A stretch of 64,000 nt of DNA from Carcharhinus amblyrhynchos (taxonomy: Eukaryota): NCBI GenBank assembly GCA_965287045.1, contig OZ336880.1, forward strand, positions 27,342,001 through 27,406,000, given 5' to 3'. The stretch's first letter is position 1; each line of letters starts with the position of its first letter. Of the stretch, positions 15,476 through 27,304 are shown piece after piece. The notes under the pieces are model-generated. The model was not told the DNA's origin. It saw nothing but the letters and a program-made list of their open reading frames with translations, and did no database searches. Made by a program: the position numbers and the translations under genes.

Positions 15476-15721
15476 GTATTTGGAGATGAAGCACTCGGAC
15501 TGAATGTTGATGATATCCAGGCGCATGACTTTGGCAAAGTTGGTGAAGTTGTTGTCACCAAAGATGACACCATGCTGTTGAAAGGGAAAGGTGACAAGAC
15601 TGCAATTGAAAAGCGTGTTCAAGAAATTGTGGAAATGTTGGATGTTACAACAAGTGAATATGAGAAAGAAAAGTTAAATGAAAGGCTGGCTAAATTATCA
15701 GATGGTGTTGCAGTGCTCAAG
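15476..15721 (+). CDS. HSPD1: Hsp60 coding exon
   Basis: 246 bp; [39 protein letters not shown]...[20 protein letters not shown]. Confidence 0.97.
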
Positions 15722-16286
15722 GTAAAGAATTTGTAGACTTGCATGATTTGTGAGCACAAACAATGCAATTCCATGTACATATTGATACTGTAACTATAGT
15801 TGGAAAGTTGGATTTGTATTCATCGTAGTGGAGCTGATGCCAAAAGAGTTGGGAATTTCAGCTGTGTCCTTAAAAACCATTATTGGGAATACAACGTGCA
15901 GCATGGCTACAAAATGTGGCAGGAATGTGCCTAATCCTGAAAGCTGTGCATTTGGATCTGCTAATAATTGCAAGATCCCACAACAATAAGATTGTTTTGA
16001 CTTCCTGAATTCAAATACACTTTAGCAGGTGTTAACTGAGTATTGTTTTTCTTGACCCTGTCTACATTGAAGCTTCCTGTAGAAAGGAAACTAGCTGAAC
16101 ACCTCCACCTCCACTTTTAGTTAATTGCCAAATTTTGTCTTTGATACTTTCCAAGTTGAAACTGTCTTTACCAATGGCATTTGTGGACCTGCAGAGTCAG
16201 CATTTAGCTTTGTGTTGTGTGATTTGCCTACAAGCATGACAATTAATATTTATACTTCCTGCTACATTGATTTTAATTGTGAATAG

Positions 16287-16466
<180 letters not shown>

Positions 16467-16919
16467 TGATCCAGTAGTACTGTAATTGCTTTTCTATTTG
16501 CTCATTCATTTTCAGCTACTAAAAACATTACTTTGACTATAGCAGGCAAGTTACATAAAGATATTTGAAAATGACAAGGTTGAAGGCTTTGTCAGTAAAT
16601 GGAGATATTGAAATAACTGTCACAAAGGACATTTCCATGATGAGCTTTTACTTGTATAAAAGCATTTTGCTTCTAGGCTCCATGGCTGATATTCAAGAAT
16701 ATTCGCAATCAATGTTATCTAACTTGTTTCTGCTCTACCCAACTAGTTTGTTGTACTGTGCAGTCCCTTTTTAAGATTGATCTGTAGCTATGCAGGAGTT
16801 TTTAGTATTTTTATCTCCAAGCTGAGTAATTGGCATATGATTTGAGGATATTTGTGGAGGAGTTGTGGTTAAATGATGTAAATGTTTTTATGTGCTGACC
16901 TTCTTTCCAATTTCAACAG

Positions 16920-17098
16920 GAATTGAAATTGTTGCTAAAGCTCTGAAAATACCAGCTATCACAATTGTCAAAAATGCTGGAGTTGAAGGAAGTCTAATTG
17001 TTGAGAAGATCTTGCAGAGTCCACCAGAGATTGGCTATGATGCAATGGCTGGGGAGTTTGTGAAGATGGTTGAAAAAGGGATTATTGATCCTACAAAG
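16920..17098 (+). CDS. HSPD1: Hsp60 coding exon
   Basis: 179 bp; [29 protein letters not shown]...[11 protein letters not shown]. Confidence 0.97.
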
Positions 17099-17392
17099 GT
17101 ATACCATTTGATCTATAACTTGTTTATAATTTCTGGATGTCTATCAAGCCATGATCATTTACTATTTTCAGACACTACATTAGACTCCTATTTAAACTTC
17201 AAATGCCTGTATCCTTTTGGGTACTATTTGAGTAAAGTCACCTTTGAGCTGTGTTATGGAGTATTACAACTGGGAAGGCCAACTTGAAGTTCAGAAGTCA
17301 AAAAGTGAATGAATCTCAAATTTTCAATTTTCTTGTTTTAAATGGAACCTGGAGTACTAACTGGTAACTTTCTTGTATATTTTCACTTATAG

Positions 17393-17548
17393 GTAGTGAG
17401 GACTGCTTTGTTGGATGCAGCGGGTGTTGCCTCTCTTCTAGCAACAGCAGAAACTGTAGTTACAGAACTCCCAAAGGATGATAAGGTGCAAGGAATGGGT
17501 GGTATGGGGGGAATGGGTGGTGCAGGTATGGGTGGTGATATGTTTTAA
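17393..17548 (+). CDS. HSPD1: Hsp60 last coding exon with GGM-rich tail and TAA stop
   Basis: [51 protein letters not shown]. Confidence 0.98.
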   Translation, partial: VVRTALLDAAGVASLLATAETVVTELPKDDKVQGMGGMGGMGGAGMGGDMF

Positions 17549-17796
17549 TTCCCTTACTGCAGATCTTTTCTTATGAAAAGAGGTGACTGACATGTTTATG
17601 GTCCCAAGTGAATGGCTGCTTCCAAACGTGAAGACTACAAGATGAATGAGTATGAACCAGGCTTTGTGGAAAATGGCTCAAAATATTTGTAATTAAGTTA
17701 GTGGAGCTGAGTTTTCCTGCACTGTGCTGGATCTCATAACTAACTTGTTTACTGCTGTCTGTCAGTGCTAAGAATTGTAATTTATTTTGTATTCTG

Positions 17797-17802
17797 AATA
17801 AA
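17797..17802 (+). terminator. Candidate HSPD1 poly(A) signal (a second AATAAA lies near 17998)
   Basis: AATAAA about 250 nt after the stop, preceded by U-rich and TGTA elements. Confidence 0.65.
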
Positions 17803-19394
17803 ATCAACATTTGTACATTCCTGGAAGTGTGAACCACATACTTAAATTCATTGGTTTTATTGTAATGGTACTGGACTGACTTTTAAAAAGTATAGGTAAC
17901 AAGTTAAATGATCAAGGCAGGTTTTCTGTGAAAAACAAGACTCAGATCTGTACCCTTTCCAGTGCAGTACAAGATTATATCATGTAACAATGCCATAAAT
18001 AAAAGATGGTTATCATTCTGTTTTGTGACTTGGAGTGGTTTTATGGTTTGGAAAACTTAGTGAAGTGCTGCATTGTTACCAGTTTTCCTAGCCACTAGAG
18101 CAATGAATAAGACAATCAGTGGAATTCTGTTTATTGAGCAGTGGCAAGATTGAACTACACAAATCCCAAAACACTATATACACACTTTACAAAGATCTTA
18201 GACTGAAACCTTGTGCAAGAGTAGCACATTAAATTGTGCTCTTTATTTATAAACCTTTACCTGGTATTTCAAACACTCAAATACAAATTTGTCAGACTCC
18301 TGATTTTTTTGAAGTACTTAAAAGTATTTCTCAATTTAGGATGGATATTATTAACGTATATTTATTCACAATAGTTCTTCTTTTCTCAATTCAAAGTTTG
18401 AAAAAAATCAGAGGCACAAAGATATACATTAAATCACAGAGCATTTTTTTTGTGTAGCTGCACAAGTGAGTCAGTCTCTGGCCTATGAGGCAGTTCAATT
18501 TTTACTTATGGCTGCCTGAGGATTACTAAATATTTCAACTTCACAGTTGTTCTTGAACTTTTCATCCATGATTGTGTTCCCTGTTGACATAACTACTGGT
18601 TACACCAGCATGTTAACTTGTGCATTAGTTATGCATCATATACAGTAGTCTGTAGGACAATGTGCTCAAGATCTCCATGCAGTACAGCAGTTCATTCAAA
18701 AAAGTAGTTTAGTACCACACTGGACCAATTTGCAAGAGGGAATTTCCAGCTGTTTAGTTACTAGGGAGAACATATCAAGCTGCCATTTTTTTGAGACAAG
18801 TGATTAAAGGCTGAAAAAGTGTTATGGATATTTATGTAATTGTTACCAGGTTACCCTGGTGCTTAATAATTTGGAACCAAAATGATTTGTCAATTAACAC
18901 AAGCTTATGATTGAATTTACAGCTGGACCTCAGCTGGCTGGGATTAGAGTAAAAGTTTAAGGCATACAGCTAACAAAGTTGCATGAAAATGTCAGCTACT
19001 AAAATGTATAATTTGACAATGGAATTAGTGTTTGACACTAAAATCTCACTGCTCACGTTACCTGAACAGCCCAAAATATATCTATATAAATAGAAACTTG
19101 GCTGCCTTCTCCATCGGCACAGGCTTAAAACAAGTTATTGCAGCCAGTTAAGCTTAATGCACCACAACATGTGGGAATACAATTAGTTACAGCTGAAATT
19201 ATACTTTATATACATGTATACTTACATCTATATAATGCATCTTATGTAACACTTTGCTAGGATGCCTTTCCAAAAAGGTTACTGTGTTGTATTATAAAAT
19301 CAAGTGATACACGTAGGTAAAGGAAGTCACCACACTAATAAATAAATTATACAACTTTTAAAGAGGACCTACAACGGTTCCTTCCGACCTTTAT

Positions 19395-19586
<192 letters not shown>

Positions 19587-20784
19587 TTACATCTTGGAGA
19601 ACAGTACAGAATAAAATATTTCACTTAATATAAACAAAGTGTGATTGTTGCCAGACAATCATAGCAGCTTGAAATAAATTGCAAAACAGCCTCTGATGTA
19701 GCATGTCCTTCATTCTAAGATCAGCTCTGGGTTACCTCAATTCCCCTTTAGATCAATGATAATCTGCTTGTGAGAAACATTTAACTTTTTTCAGTATTTG
19801 TCTATTTATTTACTCAGTTTCATCGCTTAGTTTAGGTCTGCTTATCCTACATTCTTGCCCTTCAATTCCTAATTTACATTCTTCACTCCTTGTTTCACTT
19901 CATGTACAGTTTTGTGTAGTGCCTCTTCTGTCATTGCAATCTGCATCACAAGTTGATGCTCAACCCACCAATGCTGCAACCTGGTAGATCTTCCATGTCT
20001 ATGAAGATGACTTCAGTGTACAGGATAAGTCAGGACCAGCTTTGTCAAGAAGAAGGATGTGTTAAAGAAATTGAATCCCAGGAAAAGAATGCAAAAGGTA
20101 TTAAATCTCATCACCCACGTTATATGTTTAAAAACATGGACAATCAATGAAAAGACTATTAGTAAGTTAAAGATGTGAACACAGGAGGATTCTGTATATC
20201 CTACACAGACTAATGAGATGTTGGGGAAAAATAAATCCATGTACAACATCATACACATGACTATTTCAATCACCCAGCAAATCTCTGACCTTACACCCTC
20301 TGAAAACAAGCTGCTGCATTTTGATTTACACCTAATCCCATTCATCCATCACCCAAAATCGCTGCCCTACACTAGTTCCCGGTTTACCAATGTCTGAATT
20401 TTAAAAATTTTCATCCTATTTTCAAATACCCCTGGGCCTCATTACTTCTCACAGCCTTAAAGTAGTGCAAGATCTGTGCTCCCAAGTTCATTACTACAAT
20501 TCTGGCTTGTGCATTCAGATTCTACCAATCCTTGTTTGACTGTTGTGACTCCAGATGGGTGGGCCCTAGGCTCTTGAATTCACTCCCTACTCTTCCTTTA
20601 AGATAACCTTTGGTTACCTGTCCCAAATACCTCAACAAGAGAAAAGTGCTACAAATCTGAAACAAAAACTAGAAAAGGTTTAACAAACTATCCAGTATCT
20701 GGGGAGAGAAACACGCAATGTTTCAACAACCGTAAAAGGTACTAAAGAAACAAGTAATTATTGTTTCACAGATAGCAATTCGAG

Positions 20785-21030
20785 ATGTTGAGTAAGGATA
20801 AATATTGGTCAGGATAGCAAGAAAGCTTCTCCAGCTCATCTTCAAAAAAGCACATCGGGCTTTTTTTTAAAAAGAAAGCATACGTTGAGAATATCTTGGT
20901 TTATGTCTCAGCTGAAAGAGAGCACCTCCCAACACTACTGCCAGTAGCAGCCTCAATTTTATATTCAAGTCTCTAGATTAGGATCTGAGTGCACATTCTA
21001 ACTAAAAAAAGGTGCCATTACTGAGCCATA
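20785..21030 (-). mobile_element. Old Deu-domain SINE-like remnant
   Basis: GGATAAATATTGGTCAGGA...CTCCAGCTCATCTTCAAAA resembles the reverse complement of the DeuSINE core as I recall it; highly diverged. Confidence 0.45.
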
Positions 21031-21249
21031 GCTAGATATTGCCATTGCCTGTGCAAGTTTGCCCTTCATCTTTTTCCAGAAAGGAGGGGACCAACCCAAA
21101 GTTAAAGGAACTTTCTTGACACACGTTGCAACCTATTGCATAAGATTGACAAAATAGATTCATGCAAGTGTAATTTTATTAGGTGAAACATCTGAAAGAT
21201 GTTTAAAAAAGTGACAAATCTGGTATTCATCTTCTGGGGTCAAAGTGTG

Positions 21250-24200
21250 ATGATACTGCGCTATTGATATGTTTTATATTTAATGGGATTACTTTCAAGT
21301 TTTTTTTTATAGGTCGTCTGTCTGGATGGAATACAGCTCAGATGCTGGGAAAGCAGGATAGTTGCTCATTTTTCACCATAAAATTTTTTATAGGAGAGAA
21401 TTAATGGACTCTTGTTTACAAAAAAGATCCCCTTTATTGATTGAAGGAATGGAAAATGGGTTTAGGTATGCAGAGTCATGAGATAATGTGGTTAATGGGA
21501 AGAACTAGGTTTCTAACAAGAAACAGCTCTGTTCAGCTCCTGGCTAGGGTGGTTCACAGGCAGGATTCTGCATGCTACTTAAAGTCAAAATCTCTGAAAG
21601 CTTCATGGCTATTCTCAATTTATAGCAAGTATGCTGGGTTTGCTAACTATCTAAAGGGGCATTTGAGTACAAGAGAACGGTTAGTTATATGGAACTGAAG
21701 TGTTCCTTTTTTTAAAAAAAACTTTCAACTGCTAGAAAATGCTTCATTTTGTTAGAGTCATACTCAAACTTACGAATAAAGCTTGTTTTGATTTTAAAAA
21801 ACCACAATTCAATAGAATTACTCCTGGAGTAATGCACCCAATCCTCACATTTATGCTAAAATAGCAGAATTATTGGAGTCTACTCGGCTTCACAATATAC
21901 CTTGGGGGGTTTGGGTCCAGGACTTAAAAATTAGGGGCTGTTGCCAGAATTAAAAAGTATAATTTCTCATTTGGCTTGGGATTATTGAATTCAAAGATAG
22001 TGGATGTTGAGGAACTGGTGCTTTCTTTCAGCTGTTGTATTTAAGTGGGGGTGCCTTGTGAAAACAGCTCTTTCCATGGCTAAAGATTTTTTGGGTGTGG
22101 AAGAGACACAGTGGTTTACAGAAAGGTGGTTAAAGCAAAACTTTTGGATTTGTACTTGAAGGGGTGCGGAAGGCAGGAGATAATTTCAGTGACAGTTCAA
22201 CATTAAATTTGCCACTAAAATAATCTGAAGCTTTGGAGTTGGCTAGAATTCAAATCCAAATGAGAGTTCGAATTCGAAGCAAAGAGAGAGTGCTTTTGAA
22301 CTTTCAGAAACTGGAACTGAAACAATATAAATGATTCGGATGGGAGGACAAAATGTAACATCTCAAAGTTTGCATATGATACCAAGTTAGGTGGGAGGGT
22401 GAACTGTAACAAGGATGCAGAGACCCTTCACAATGATTTGGACAGGTTGGGTGAGTAGGCAAATCAACAGCAGATGCAGTATAATTTGAGTAAATGTGAA
22501 GTTATTCACTTTGGAAGCAAAGACAAGGTGGCAGATTACTACCTGAATGCCTGTAAATTGGAGAGGGGAGAGTGCAGCAGGACTGGATGTCCTTGTGCAC
22601 CAGTTGCTGCTTGTTGATGGGAAATGTTCATCCTGGAGTTCAGTTACTACTGGTGTACTACAAGGATCTGTTTTGGGGCCACTGCTGTTTGTCATTTTTA
22701 TAAATGATCTGGATGAGGGCATAGGAGGATGGGTTAGTAAATTTACAGATGATACTAAAGTGGCTGGAGTTGTGGACAGTGCGGAAGGAAGTTGCAGGTA
22801 ACACAGGGACATTGATAAGTTGCAGAGCTGGGCTGAGATGGCAATGGAGTTTAATGCGGAAAAGTGTGAAGTGATTCACTTTGGAAGGAGTAATGGGAAT
22901 ACAGAGTAATGGGCTAATGGTAAGTTATTTGGTAGTGTGGATGAACAGAGAGATCTCGGTGTCCACATACATAGATCCCTGAAAATTGGCACCCAAGTTG
23001 ACAGGGTTGTTAAGGTAGCATACGGTATGATTTTATTGGTAAAAGGGATTGAGTTGTGTCCAACGAGGGGCATACACACGATGGGTCGCACTTGGACTGC
23101 TCTTGGTTGTTCGAGATTGGCCTAGTGCTTCATGTCGTTAGTGTGTGCCTAAACTGGACCAGATACAGGGCAAGACGACAGCTCAGTGACTATCACTGAT
23201 TGCTGTGCAGACACATGGATTTGGGCCAGTGTCTGTGGGAGTTTGCACATTCTCCCTGTGCTTGCGTGGGTTTTCTCCGAGTGCTCTGGTTTCCTCCCAC
23301 ACCCCAAAGATGTGCTGTTAGGCTGATTGGCAGTAATAAATTGTCCTTAAATTAGTTTCCCTCAATGTGGATGGCCATAAAACATTAGACAAAGGTCATG
23401 GGTGGAGAGGGGGACGGTTGGTGTTGGGATGGTGGCGTGGGCTCGTTGGGCCGAAGGGCCTGTTTCCCGGGCTGTTTATGTTCTTTGTTCTTTTGAGTTT
23501 TGGAGCCATGAGGTCATGTTGCAGCTATATAAAACTGGTGCAGCCACACTTGGAGTATTGCGTACAGTTCTGGTCACTGCATTACAGGAAGGATATGGAT
23601 GCATTGGAAAGGGTGCAGAGGAGATCTACCAGGATGTTGCCTGGTACAGTGGGAAGGTCTTATAAGGAAAGGTTGAGGGACTCGAGGCTGTTTTCGTTAG
23701 AGAGAAGGTTAAGAGGTGACTTAATAGAGGCATATAAGATGGTCAGAGGATTAGTGTGAACCTTTTTCCTCAGATGGAGATAGCTAGCACAAGAGGACAT
23801 AGCTTTAAATTGAGGGGTGATAGATACAGGACGGATGACAGAGGTAGGTTCTTTACTCAGAGTTGTAAGGGCGTGGAATGCAAATCCACTAGTGGATTTG
23901 CCAACATTAAGGGCATTTAAATGATCACTGGATAAGCATATGGATAATATTGGAATAGTGTAGGTTAAATGGGCTTTAGATTGGTTTCACAGGTCAGCGC
24001 ACCATCGAGGGCTGAAGGGCCTGTACTGTTCTATGAAAAGAGAACATAGACTTAAAATGGTGGAGGCAAAGATTGAGAAGACAGATGAGGAAAGGGAGGG
24101 GGAAAATCAATCCCTCTTATTCAAAGGCCTAGTGGGGATATATTTAAATATATTCAAGCGCTGCCAGGGTGTGACAATAAGAATGTACAAGCCTTGATTT

Positions 24201-25712
24201 CATTTGAGAAAGCAGCTAAATTATTAAAAAGGCCTTGTGGGTGTTGTTGGTTCAAAGGAAGTTGTTAAGTAGAGTTAATGAAGTGCTTGCATCACTATTA
24301 GAGTATCATCAAGGGACAAACAGAAAAAAGTCATCCTTCAGACAAAAGTTTAGAAATCTAAGAAATCAGGTCAGACATAGAGAATCTGAAAGAATCAAAT
24401 GAAATAACTTGAAAGGTGGATAACAGCATTTAGAATAGACCAAATGTATGACTTTTAGGGAAACAGTTATTTTGGAGGAATTTTAAAATGCACTTCGCAA
24501 AGAACCCTTGTGGAAGAGCTAAGGGTTAAAACTGCAAGACAGGCAGCAAAAATGGCAGATGATTTTGAATTTGTTCATAAATCAAGGTTTGATTTGTAAA
24601 ATTAATTTCAATTTATGAAGGATAGAAACTGGGGAAAGATCCATAGGTGATCAAGGCAAAGGAGGTCTTGTTGGAGATAGCATGGACAGTTTCTGCAAGT
24701 TAAAAGGAAACATACGAAGGTGGAAGAGACAAAAAACCTTAAATGTTTTTCATTGTAATAAAGGTTGGACACACCAAGTTGTAGTGTTGGTGGCTTAAGT
24801 ACTGGGAAGTCAGACATGTTGAAACAGGATAAACCAGTAGGATTAGTTAAATTGGCAAAGGAGACTGGATAAAGCTGAAGAGGTGCAAAAGACTGTGCAG
24901 CCTATTCAGAAGTTGGTTGACAGGCAAATGTCAGATTGATTTTTAAAGATTTTATTTGTGTGGGTAAGATTAACTTGTGCATAGGGTGCAGGTAAAGAGA
25001 TTAAAATCTTAAGGGGTAGAGGAACGGGTCAATCTTTGATGGCGAGAGATGGTTCAGAAAGAGCATTGCCAGAAAAGGTGTAATATGCGGAATTAGAAGG
25101 GAGTAGTGTTCCCTTGTGGAAGACTGAAGTCCGGTGGATAGTAATGGTAGGAGTAATAGAGAAATGATCTTTTCAGGGGTACAGTTTATCCTGGATAACA
25201 GGGGGGAGTGATGCCCGAGGTTGAAAAAAAATCAAACAACTGTTTTGCAAGAAGCATATCCTGGGATGTTTCCCGATTGTGTGGTATTGGGTTCACAAAG
25301 CCACAGGTTGAGACAGGAGGAGGAAAAAGAAAATCAAAGGAGTAAGATTAGGAGGCTGAGGTTCAGTTATCAAATAATACCAGATGGTTGATAAAGAACA
25401 TCAATAAGTGGACGATGAAGCAGATATCTTCACTTCAATAAAGTTGCCAGAACCACAGAAAGATGGAGATGAAGCAATTATATCAGAAAGCATACATGGA
25501 AGACAGCCTGAATGTATTACTATAGAAATAATGTCTTGATGAAGGAGAGCTTTACATATTTGGGCAGAAGTTCATCAAATTGTATGACTGGGGAGTTAAA
25601 GAAAGTTGTTTCAGGTAGCACATGAGGTTCCAGCAGATGGTGATTTAGGAGCAAGGAAATCTCAAAGCAAAAATACAAAAACACTTCTATTGGCCAGGAC
25701 TGTACAAGGGTC
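21250..25712 (+). mobile_element. Degenerate Gypsy (Gmr1-like) LTR retrotransposon remnant: gag, protease, start of integrase; contains nested CR1/SINE
   Basis: Frameshifted CCHC knuckle near 24742-24790 (CFHCNK..GHTK..CW); protease-like IKILRG(D)..G..QSL near 25000-25040; HFYWPGL near 25682-25702. 5' boundary/LTR uncertain. Confidence 0.6.
22335..24033 (+). mobile_element. Nested CR1 RT fragments (two families) with a V-SINE at about 23230-23490
   Basis: [43 protein letters not shown]; 3' tail ...CTGTACTGTTCTATG near 24033. Confidence 0.85.
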
Positions 25713-27290
25713 ATAGAATCATAGTGAAGATGGATCTTCAGCCCGAGACTGCACCAATGTGAGAGACACCTGATCTCCCATCTACTCCCATTTACCAACA
25801 CTTGGCACATAGCCTTAAAATGTTATGTACCAAATGCTTATCCAGGTACTTTTCAAAGGATGTGAGGAAATTCACCTTTACCACCCTCTCAGGCAGAGCA
25901 TTCTACACTGTCACTACTTTCTGGGTAATAAAGCTTTTCCTCACATCTCTCCCCTAAACCTCAAACTCATCTCCTTGTGACAAATCCTTTAACTAAACAG
26001 AACAGTTGCTCCCTATCCACTTTGTCCATGCCCCCTCAATCTAGTACACCTCGATCAGGTTGCCCCTCAATCTTCTCTGCACCAACAAAAACAACCCAAA
26101 CCTATCCAACCATTCTCCATAACTTAAAATGTTCCATCCCTGGCAGCATCCTGGCAACTCCAATATAAACACATCCTTCCCAGACCAGAACCCAGTTTGT
26201 CAACCCAAAGTTCTATACAACTCCATGACTTCCCTGCTTTTGTAATCTATGTCTCGATTGATAAAGGCAATTCCCACATGTCTTTCACCTACTACTAACA
26301 TGCTCTTCCATCTTCAGAGATCTATCGACAAATACCCAGCACAATCCCTGTGTATGCTACCGGACATTGGCTTCCAGTCACTAAAGCTGCCTTCTGACAT
26401 CACTCTGTCTCCTACTGAGCAAATTGAGTCAAATTACCCTGTATCCCATGTGCATTCTTCTTTGTACATCTCCCAAGTAGGGCCATATCAAAAGCTTTGC
26501 TGAAATCAGATAAACTACATCAATACACTACCTTCATCTATACCTCTGGTCACTTTCTCATAATTCAGTTACATTTGTTAAGCATGACCTCCCTCTGGTG
26601 AAACCATGCTGACTATCCCTAATCAAGCCTTGCCTCTCCAAGTGGAGACAGATGCTCTGTTCAGAATTTTCTCTCAGTTTCTGTACCACTGATGCAAGGC
26701 TTACTTGTCTGTAGTATCCTGGCTTATCTCTACAGCCCTTCTTAAATCGTGGAATGACGTTGATGTTCTCCAGTTCTCTGGCACCTCAATCGCAACCAAA
26801 GAGAAATTAACATTTTGGGTCAGAGCCCCGGCAATCTCCTCCTTTGCCTCCCACAGCACCTGGGACACAATTTGTCCGTGTTCAAGCCTGAAAACGCCTC
26901 CAATACTTTGTTCTTCTGTGTGCCAATCTGCTCAAGAACCTCAGTCTCTCCCTGAATTCCACACTTCATCCTTTCTTGGATGAAAACAGATTTGAAGTAT
27001 TCATTCAAGAATGATGTCCCACAGATTGTCCCCTTGGTCCCTGATGGATCATACTGTTTCCTTCATTATCCTCTTCCCATTAATATACTTAGAGAATATC
27101 TTGGGATTTTCCCTACTTTTACAAGACAGCTTTCTCAAGCTCCACCCTGCACTCTCTACTTGACGAATGCTGCCACTGATCCTCTTACACCTTCTAAAAA
27201 CCTTTTCTTTCTCATCATATCCTGAATATCCATAAATGGTTCTCTGGGTTTACTATTGCTTCCTATCACCCTAGGGGGAACAAGCTCAGC
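25713..27290 (-). mobile_element. Degenerate CR1 LINE fragment
   Basis: CATAGAATCATAG tail on +; minus-strand ORF2 remnants such as NEYFKSVFIQE. Confidence 0.75.
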
Positions 27291-27304
27291 TTGTTCCCCC
27301 TAGG

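Noticed and set aside
16637-16689. C/D box snoRNA candidate (ATGATGA...CTGA) in an HSPD1 intron
   Set aside because: Only 53 nt, no terminal stem and no recognisable rRNA antisense element.
16892-17287. 131-aa ORF as an alternative Hsp60 C-terminus
   Set aside because: It is the 16920-17098 exon read through into flanking intron; a canonical donor and a downstream exon exist.
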